Source: Spizellomyces punctatus DAOM BR117
Taxonomy: Eukaryota
Reading direction: 5' to 3' (one strand)
Length of the DNA stretch: 56,533 bases
Assembly (NCBI GenBank): GCA_000182565.2
Contig: KQ257454.1
In this document: piece after piece, positions 41,674-50,990 of the stretch
How the letters are laid out: every line of letters starts with the position of its first letter
How positions within the stretch are numbered: the first letter of the stretch is position 1
Position numbers and translations under genes: made by a program
The notes under the pieces: model-generated
Database searches by the model: none
Seen by the model: only the letters and a program-made list of their open reading frames with translations
What the model was told of the DNA's origin: nothing

Positions 41674-44600
41674 ATGGCTGGCCGCCCTGGAGGGATGGTG
41701 GCCGCAGGCAGTAGAGGTCATATGAATATACAGCTTTACCAGATAAGAAATGGTGATCACTGATGCCACGAGGAACCTCCACAGATCTTCGTCCCGAAAT
41801 TGTTACAGACGAACTGTATAATTTGAAGAGTGAAAATCTCAACCTTAAGCGGAAAATTAATGATCAGGATGATAAAACCAAAAAGTGAGATGCTGCCGTC
41901 TGCAAATGTAGCTAAAGATGCGTACTTCTTACATCAATATGCCAGGCTCATAACCAAGGTACAAAAACTTACGGAGGATTTGAGACGAGCAAAGGAGCCC
42001 TCACTGGGCCCTCAAACCAATGGGAGCGTCGAACGTGGTAGGGTTCTTTTTGCATAAGGCCCTCTTCTTAAGTGAACAATATCAGGCAAACCAACCTCAC
42101 TCGAAACATTCTAGTGAATCGAAGAGAGATGGCTGAAATGGATGACATGGTGGATGATCTCCGTGGACAGCTGAGAAATATGGCAAAAGAGAATTCCCAA
42201 CTGAAGACCAAAGTACGTTCTCACTTGGTTCTTATGCTTTTGGTCCGTTATTGATCCTTCCTGTCAGATGAACTTCTTCAAAGCTTTGCACGAGGCTGAG
42301 ACTCGAAAGGGTGCTAGATACGATCATATACCCCCTCGAATAGATTCAGTGCGTAGGCTGTGTAGACTTGTCCCAAACCATCAGTAAGCAGGAATGCCAA
42401 CATTTATAAACGTAGGGAGTGCGACGGCTTCATCCAGCCATTGCTGTCAAAGGGTACGTGATCAAGTAATGATTTATGCTATCTGGAATACTACGTGCTT
42501 ACAAGGCAAATGCATATCGGCAGACGCGGTAGAGAACGGTATCGCCCTACAGGTACAAGGTACTGGACTAGGGCTGACCTGTCTTTGATATTGACTTGCT
42601 ACTCACGTATCTATCCGTACCAGTACTCCGGCGGAGCCTGATCATAACAGCGAAGAAGTTGCGAAATTGTTGGTGATTTACAGATTATCAATCATCTGAC
42701 GCAATCAAGCTTAATCAATAAGTTTCTTAATATTTCAGGGAAGAGCTTGTGACAGTACTGCGCGGGAAGCTGAACGATTCCCAACGTGAACTCGAAAGTG
42801 CACATGAAGAAAATCAGCGGCTAAAGCAGCAAAACGAAAGGTACGATTGACCACGTAGAGTCTGATACCGAAACCGAATTTTTCATTACGTGCATGTTCT
42901 CGTCTAGTCAGGAACAGCAAGCAGATATTGAGCGTCTAGCACTACAACGAGAACATGCTGACCTAAAAAAGCGGTACCAGGAAATCAAGGATAAACACGA
43001 CACTTTGGATGAGAAATTACGTGGCCTGACTGAGACCTATTACGAGGCCGTGGGAACTGTGGAAGTGTTGACAAATGACCTCAAAGAGGAGAGAAGGAAA
43101 AGAACGGATTTGGAGCATCTAGTTAAGGAAAATGAAGCGCAGTCTCGAAGAGAAATGGAGGTACGTTGTTAGCCATTGTGCGGTCATGCTTCCGGTAGAA
43201 TTCTTATCAAAAGTAATGGTTGCAGCTTAACATCATCATAGATGATCTTCGGTTTGAAAAGAAACTTTTGGAGGAAGAGCAAGCGCGCCTACTGCAGTCT
43301 CGTTTTGGATCCCACAGAGAGGAAGAGTACAACAATGAACGACAAATACTCAGAAAACGAGTCGAAGAGCTCGAAACCCAGCTCACGGAAACTTTAAGGG
43401 ATAAGACCGGTTTACATTCAGCTTTGCAGGAGGCGCGAGGTAAACGACTATGGGCCTCCTTATGCCTGAAGTTTCATATTATAACGTGTAGTATATCTTT
43501 TAAGATCAGTGTCGACTGCTCTCGGAGGCAAAGCAAAAAGCAGAAGGGCAAATGTACGATGTGCAACATGAACTGGACAAGCTGCAAGAGCAAATGAGGC
43601 GCCTCACGCAGAATGGGTTGATCGAAATTTCCCAGATTGAAGAGGCGCTGACGTTCTGGAGCCTAAGGAACCAGAAAGCCCAGACTGCAGACTTCATTTC
43701 ACAGGCTGATGATCTTGCAGAGGTACATCAAACCTATGTTTGCTTCATGATTACCCCAATTTGAATACTTGAGCATTTAATAATAAATATATCTAGGACA
43801 AACGAGTGCTTCAAGACTTGCGATTGCAATATGCGAGATGCATCGAGGACCTGGAGAAAACCAGAAGATTACTGCAACTACAAGAGCATATCAACAAAGA
43901 TTACAAGTTAGAGGTGGAGCACCTGCAGCAGAAGCTCCAAGCCACTCAAAATGAATATGGTATGCACAGTTGATCGAGAAAAACTGGGAGTATAAAGGGC
44001 ACTCATGATATATTTCGCTCTATAGAACTTCGTCTAGAGGAGGATTCACGGCTTTTAGATCTACGTAGTAACAAGATTGCTAGTCTGGAAGCGCAGCTGA
44101 AAAATATTGCCTATGGAACAGCAAAATGTATGCACCTACCAAATTGTTGCACAATGTCTTGCATCGTTTCTGACCTGGTATTTTAGTACCGACTGCTGTT
44201 GAGAAAGCTACCGATGATGACGACGAGGTGGAACTAGAGAAAGGTATTCAATTTATGGTGTTTTGACATGTTTGGCATCAAACTCAAGTTCGTTGCGTCA
44301 CTGTTAGGCCAAAACCTGATTGCTGTTCATGTCGATGCCGCCCTTATAAGCGAAGAAGGATTCAAGTTACTGCAGCAGCTTGGGCACGACAGTAGAGACG
44401 GCGAGAGCTTTGCTTCCTTTATTTACTTTGATTTCTACGATTTCGAGACTCAAGTCACTCCAATTGGCATTGGTCTCATGCCACATTACAATCTGACCTC
44501 CAGGTACCGTCTACAGTTTCGGTGGATTTTCAAGTAACATGCGGGTTCGTGCTAACTCATTCATAGATACAAAGTGTTCGTGGACGACTTCTTCCTCATG

Positions 44601-47251
44601 TACCTGCAAAGCCACCCTATGATTTTGCACCTCTGCCGGTCAGACGGACTTGATTACGTGGAGGTGGCCACCTGGTATGTTACAAAATTTTCCGAACATC
44701 AGCTCCTCTAGATGCGTCTTACTTACCGTTCCAAAGCGCGGTAATTTTCAAAGATCTGACGGATCCTCATCGTACCGATCGCTTGCAATATTATGGTCAA
44801 CTTGTTAGCACGCACGATAATGTAGGCTTCCGTGGTTGCTTGATGGAAATCATTGGCATCTAACATTTCTCAGAAAACGGTCATTGGAAGTATTAATTAC
44901 TCCTTACGAGTTCGAGTTCCTATGGTACAAGCCATAAGATCATTCAAGGAACGAACCGTCGCTTTGAACCTCTTGACGGTCGGGGACAAGGACGTCTCTG
45001 GGTAAGTCGCCGAGACTGCATACAGCGCACACCTGTGGGACTAAGAGTTCTACGTAATACAGTAAAAGGTTTACGCATCGAGCGGATATGAATGAGTTGA
45101 TTGTCCGCATTGCCAATTGTTCAGGACTTACTGCACCACCAGGGAAGTCCCCAGCGGTATACCTTTCCTTCCAGTTACACAATCAGGATATGTCCTTGAC
45201 GGTATGGTATCTCAGTCCGTCTTTTTTACGAAACCGGACCTGACGTGATGAACAGGACACTATCCAAGACACGTGCAATCCAGAATTCAATTTCTACCAA
45301 ACCTTTCCGATGCCAATGAATCTGGATCTCGACAGAGTCCTACGGACTAGCACGGTGCGTGTTTGGCGTTTCGAGGAGAAAACATCTTTTTCATTACTTA
45401 GCAAATGACATTCCATCAGCTGGAAATAGTGGCGCTGGATGATAACGACGGTCTTGAAGACTACGTCTACGGCATAGCTAAAGTTCCACTTCTAAATTTG
45501 GCACTAAATGAAAATATTCAAGGGCAGTTTGACTTGAAGGTAACGACATTGACTCAAGGTCTATGCGCATCACTGAATACTTACACAACCTGCCATAGGA
45601 TGCATCTGGCAAACGACGAGGAAAAGTCAGCGTGTCCTTAGCTTGGGAAAAGCCATACAGACTTGAAGTGATTCCTGTATGTTTGTAACGACCTGATTAT
45701 GATCCGAGGTTACTTGCTAATCGCGTGCAAAGATCGTTTCTCAACTTGATGAGCCATCCGTTGCGGCCGAGTATAGTGGTAATGCGCCTGATCGAAGCCT
45801 CGTTGACACTGTCCCTCATGAACCTCAGAACCACCGGCAAAGTCAACAGAGCTCGGTACAATCTCCACGGTGAGTACTGCTAGTTGAAATCAATTGTTTG
45901 CAGTTCTCTGATGGAGAATTGGTTCACGATAGCCGACAGTCCCAAGAGGCATCCAACACATCTCTTGTATCAAAACCCTCCACATTCACAGTCAGTGATA
46001 TGCCTCCCGGCTCCATTATGTCGTTGAGAGACGATGAAAACGTGTCCCCAAGCGCAAGTATAGATTCAACCGGGACAAGTGAACGTTCTGATCATCGCAG
46101 CCAAGCGAGCAGACGCAGAAGAAAAAAACGCAACTTGGAAGCGTCCAGCTTCGACGAGGGACCTAGCGAAAGTGCAACCAGCTCACGGCAACTTGGAAAG
46201 TCTCGCAGTGAAGAAGTGAAGTATACGATCCCAAGTGGGGAACAGTCGGGTGGAATTACCAGTCCTGGACAGTTGCACGGATCGGGCTCTAGACAACAAA
46301 GTAGCATATCTTCAGTATGGTCAGATGCTAATGATAGCGCGTCGGAGCACGCCCTGGAGCTTGCAACATCACCACGAAAAGTCTTGGAAGAGACTGGACA
46401 AGGTATCCTAGGGGATGGCCTTAATGACGAGCGGAGCAAACCTAGCGCAGAATCAGCAACCCTTGAAAGGCGCGAAACGGTCGGCTCCACGTACCCCACA
46501 ACCCGCAGCGAATATGGCTTATCTTTAGAGCCACATCGCTCAGTGTCATCCCTTCAAATGCAAAGCACCGAACCTGTTAGCAATCCAGTATTTTCTTCTT
46601 CTCTGATGCTCATTTCGTGGATTGACCTTTTGGTTGCCTCTGTAGGATCGTGAAGAGGCCATCACCAAAGAGCGAGGCGGATCAGAAGGCATCACCATTG
46701 CCATTAGCGAGCTCAAACTGAACCTTACTACTCCAGATGTAGCAGCCTTATTACAGAACACGGAGAAGGTTTACATCAGCTTTGAGTTTTTAGACCAGAG
46801 ACCGGACGATGAGGAGCTGGAGACGGACTCGGTGACCTTGGCTGATAGCGGCGTGGTGCAATTCTCATACTCTAAGTGTAAGTTTGCTTCCACATTTTGT
46901 CACGCTATTTGAAACCAGCACGTTAATATCTGTCTCTCAGTCTTCCCCTTCTCGGAAACCACAAATCCACGGGGACGGTTTCGCCTCCGTCGTGCTCTCA
47001 AGTCACCGGAAGAGACAGACCATTTGATCCAGTTCGTTGTAGTCAGCGAACCCCCCGGAGATACCGATGACGACGTCTCCCAAGATCTTGCATACGCAAG
47101 CGTCAGCCTGAAAGAGTTGATGTCATTAGAGGACGACGGTGCAATATTTGATCTCACGTTATTTGAAAGGTCTGGTAGTCTTGAGATGGGACACTTGACG
47201 GTCACGTTGGCTGGAGCACATACCATACACACAATACTGGAAAATGGATAA
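41674..47251 (+). CDS. RPGRIP1L: RPGRIP1L/Fantom ciliary transition-zone protein, many exons
   Basis: N-terminal coiled coils; RSNKIASLEAQLKNIAYGT; first C2 domain GQNLIAVHV...FDFYDFETQVTP...YNLTSRYKVFVDDFFLMYLQ; C-terminal C2 domain IQFVVVSEPP. Confidence 0.9.
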
Positions 47252-47529
47252 GGTCATACTTTTTAGTGTACTGTCGCAATTCTACAGTTTGGAGCAATGT
47301 GGCACTTCGATTTCTTCGTAAGCTCTGACGCGGATACGGCACAGTTTCTGTCACAAATGTGACTGACACACCGAGGAGGGTTGTGACTCACGCACCAGCA
47401 TGTCATGAATTTTTTTTGGATGTCCATTTCTGCTGACCTTTGCTCCGCATTCACATAAGTCGTCCGCATCAGAAGTTGAGATTTCTTTCTCTGTGAGCAC
47501 CCATTTTATCCATTTAGTGTCTCTTCAAC

Positions 47530-48602
47530 ATGGCAGTCCGTAAGTCGCATGGGTCCCTGATATGAGGTGGCGGGTCATTGTCCACCTTATTCCTAACCCA
47601 TTCCTCTGGGGTAGGTGCGCAATTCGAAAATAGCAACGACATTGGGGTCTTCTCTCGCTTGACAAACTCATATGGCCTGGTAGCTATTGGCGGTTCCGAG
47701 AACTTTTACAGGTAGGGTGTCCTGAAATTTTCTCGGACTGTTTTGTTCGTCCTGACCATGATATTTTTACATAGTGTATTTGAGAGCGAGCTATCAGACG
47801 TCATTCCGGTGGTTCATACATCAATTGGTGGGACACGAATCATTGGCCGATTGACCGCTGGAAACCGCCATGGACTGTTATTGCCGAACACCACAACCGA
47901 TCAAGAGCTTCAGCACATTCGAAACTCGTTACCGGATACAGTGGCTATTCAGCGTGTAGAAGAACGATTATCGGCGTTGGGGAATGTGATTGCATGCAAT
48001 GATTACGTAGCATTAGTACATCCAGACGTGGACCGAGTAGGTGTCCCATCTGCCGTTTCGGAACACATCGGGCAGAATTAAATGACCATTACTCCCCTCA
48101 CAGGAAACCGAGGAAATTATTGCCGATGTCCTGAAAGTTGAAGTATTTCGTCAAACTGTAGCGGGAAATGTGCTCGTTGGAAGCTACTGCGCGCTGAGCA
48201 ACCAGGGTGGAATTGTTCACCCAAAGACGTCGGTAGAGGACCAGGATGAGCTGTCATCACTGCTCCAGATCCCTTTGGTGGCAGGTACGGTAAATCGAGG
48301 CTCAGATCTGATTGGAGCAGGCCTGGTGGTCAATGACTGGAGCGCGTTTGCTGGGTTGGACACCACAAGTACCGAACTTTCGGTTATAGAAAGTATTTTC
48401 AAGGTATGCTACAGGTACTTTGCTAATTTCCTCTGCGCGATATTGACACATCGTACCTATGTACCAGCTACAAGACGCCCAGCCAACATACATTGTCAAC
48501 CAAATGCGGGATTCACTCATTGACAGGTTAGAAACTCGACCTCTTGCAGTATCATCTTGGGTGCACAGAATCTGACCGTCTTATGATCACAGCATGGCGT
48601 AA
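47530..48602 (+). CDS. TIF6: Eukaryotic translation initiation factor 6, multi-exon
   Basis: [23 protein letters not shown]...[36 protein letters not shown]...AGTVNRGS. Confidence 0.97.
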
Positions 48603-48794
48603 TTATGGTTTGGCGAAGTTTAGTCTCCATACTATTTACAATGGTTCCACTCCTCGGCGGCCCAGGAGAGTGATAAAGCTTCTTATGCCCATCTGACGTA
48701 AGAGTTCGCCGCAGATCTTATGCGAGCTAATGGGATGGGACTGGCGTTCGATTAAACTTGTGGCACACCATAATACCTAGCGGTTCTTATAATA

Positions 48795-49706
48795 TTATCG
48801 TCTGCTTCCACGTGGTTGCTCTCCCCTACTTCCTGGTGTAAATACCCGAGCTCTATGATGAAGTTGATCTGCTTTTCGTGAACGCTGTGCCTGGCGGCCA
48901 CCAAAAGTCCGAGGCCATGATGAATATTGCACTGTCTCCACAGTTCTTTCAGCCAAAAGACCTGCTCGAATCTTGGCATCAATCCTGCGTCTCTTTTGGC
49001 TCTTCCGTCGACGGCCGGGTTTATGGTTGGTCGAGGTCTCAGGTTGACATGGAATAGTGATCACCCTTGTACTCCAAGCATCCTATCATGATATACAGAT
49101 TATTCATGTGCTTCCCTCCCACACTACACTCTTAGTTTTTCTTACCCGTGACACATGTGACTCCTTTCGTATTTGTTCTGGGCTGATGATAACGTCTCGG
49201 AAGCATCGTCTGCGCTCAGCCTCAAGGTCACTAGTTGCGCGAATGTGGAAGTCTTTCATTACCAACGAAAATCAAATACCAGTTTCCTTTCAGCCCATAC
49301 CTGTCTATTTCATACTCATGGGGTAGTCTTTCTGGAAGAATCTCTTGGGGATTTAAATTAATACGTGAGAGGGGAGTGGAAAAAAGTCGGAACCCTGTGA
49401 AGTAGTAACTGCATTGTCATTATCCCCTGATATAAATAGCAATGTCTGGTCGTGCTGATATAAACCCATACCTTCCCCAGGTCCTTCCTCTTCATTAACG
49501 TATATCTTAGTCCCTTCCTCCAGCCTGCTCACTCCCATTGGCTCCACCTCGAACAGTTCTGTAAGGTAACTCTCAAGTCGTTGTGCTGCCGCATCGTCAA
49601 GGGTATCCTCTCCTGGCAAAACTGGATACAGGATTGAGCGTACAGAGCTCGCGGTATTTGGTCCTACTGAACTACATGAAACCTCGCTGCATTTTACTGG
49701 GGACAT
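48795..49706 (-). CDS. Hypothetical multi-exon protein, weakly reminiscent of the fungal DUF2011 family
   Basis: ORF pieces separated by GT-AG introns: ...ERRRCFRDVIISPEQIRKES / AWSTRVITIP...KPGRRRKSQKRRR. The family resemblance is weak. Confidence 0.4.
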
Positions 49707-49815
49707 CGTGCAAGAGTTGAATGTGCCCTCTTCTGCTTGTGCGGGAATGCTGACCCAACCCGACTTGTTGACACGGCAACCGATCGCTGCTTACGTAACG
49801 AGTAATTTGTCAACG

Positions 49816-49908
49816 GGAAATACAATTTGATGCCATAGTGCGGAGCCGATGGGTATTGGCACTAGCACCCGCACCAGGGATTGAACCGGCGACAACCAGT
49901 TCGGAAAA
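49816..49908 (-). ncRNA. Fanzor omegaRNA: scaffold ~49836-49908 plus a ~20-nt guide from flanking DNA (49816-49835)
   Basis: Minus-strand TTTTCCGAACTGGTTGTCGCCGGTTCAATCCCTGGTGCGGGTGCTAGTGCCAATACCCATCGGCTCCGCACTA lies just after the Fanzor stop. Possible pairings are GAACUGG/CCGGUUC and GUGCGG/CCGCAC, with GGGUG/UACCC as an overlapping alternative. It resembles the published SpuFz1 omegaRNA as recalled. Confidence 0.82.
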
Positions 49909-49923
49909 GGTAATCTAACTAAT

Positions 49924-50127
49924 CTACGCTACGGCTGGAACACCCCTGCTGAACACTTTTGGTCTACCGTGTCCATCTAACATTGATTGCACGATCATCA
50001 GCATGTTGCAGGTGCTCAGCGTGTCCCTGTTCCAGTAGCGCATCGTCCAGGCTTGCTGACAGTTAGGGTTGGTACAACCCAGCAATCCATGGACTTTTTC
50101 AATCTTGCCTTCGCGACGGCGCCAAGG
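49924..50127 (-). pseudogene. C-terminal fragment of a Fanzor1 (TnpB-derived) RNA-guided endonuclease
   Basis: PWRRREGKIEKVHGLLGCTNPNCQQAWTMRYWNRDTLSTCNMLMIVQSMLDGHGRPKVFSRGVPAVA*. It has the second zinc-finger Cys pair, the RuvC-III WNRD motif and an RP..F.R tail, and closely matches the S. punctatus Fanzor1 C-terminus as I recall it. Confidence 0.9.
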
Positions 50128-50166
50128 AAACACTTTGAAACACTTTGAAACACTTTGAAACACTCC
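50127..50166. repeat. 10-bp tandem repeat GAAACACTTT x3 plus partial copies at the deletion junction of the Fanzor element
   Basis: ggaaacactttgaaacactttgaaacactttgaaacactcc; a further variant caaacacttc at ~50178. Confidence 0.9.
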
Positions 50167-50235
50167 AATGCATTGGGCAAACACTTCAATACGGCTTATT
50201 ATATAGAATATTATAAGCCGGGTATATCATATTAT

Positions 50236-50835
50236 TGTAACGACGAGGACGTCTTCGAGAGATCGCGAGTAAGCCCAAATCGGACGCGGGAAGCACGAAT
50301 CGCGTGACCAACTCCACCGATTGGGTTACCGCGACCGAAAAAACCGGTTCGGAGAATGGCAATTGGCGCATTAGATTTCAGCGTGCCTCGTACAACCTGT
50401 GGAGGCCCGAGCCAGTGCGGAAAAGGAAGAGATCGGTACCGCCACCAATAAATCAGTTGCGGTGCAGCGACACCCATTAGTTTAGTTTAGTTTAACAGTT
50501 TATCCAAGAATCTTGTATAAAAAGGATGTATTCAATAAAATAAGTCGGGGGCAGAAGCCGTAGCGACAAAAAATCCCCATAACTCGCTTCTCAACTCCAA
50601 TCTTAGGTTAACAGGAACCTAACAGAGCGCTTCAACGGCCTGATCACCCGTACCGAAGCCTCTAAATCCTGCTCGGTTCACAACTAACCGACTCTCCTTG
50701 CCTCTCGCCCTCAAGTCGCTACCGACGCCCAAAGAAAGGATTTGGAGACTACGATTCCTAGTACGGACACCCACACAACCTGCTAGGAGACCCAAGTTGT
50801 CTTTACTGTAGTCTACCAACAAAAAATCCGTTACA
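50236..50835 (+). repeat. 5' LTR (600 bp)
   Basis: Begins TGTAACG and ends CGTTACA (7-bp terminal inverted repeat), contains AATAAA signals and is followed directly by a PBS. Confidence 0.85.
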
Positions 50836-50850
50836 TGGTGGAGAAGCGCG
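50836..50850 (+). promoter_or_regulatory. Primer-binding site, probably for tRNA-Ala
   Basis: TGGTGGAGAAGCGCG is complementary to a tRNA 3' end ...CUUCUCCACCA with U70 and A73, the alanine identity elements. Confidence 0.7.
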
Positions 50851-50990
50851 ACGAACCGCCTTCCCCTCTCAAATTCAGCTGAAAACCTTATTCGGTCGTA
50901 CCGAAACTCTTGCGCAAACCGAGATCCGCTCAGGTAGCTACTCGGAAACCTTTTCTCTCGTTTCGGAGACAGAACTTCACGAAACCGAGA

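Larger units (their letters stand above)
49836..50224 (-). mobile_element. Non-autonomous, internally deleted Fanzor1 (Spu-1-like) transposon
   Basis: Read on the minus strand: TA, left-end hairpin (50192-50220), GTGTTTCAAA repeats, Fanzor C-terminal ORF remnant, structured right end ...GGCTCCGCAC, TA. The flanking TA dinucleotides fit a TA target-site duplication. Confidence 0.85.

Noticed and set aside
50127-50166. Short repeats as a CRISPR-like array
   Set aside because: They are tandem 10-mers with no spacers, in a eukaryotic context with no cas genes.
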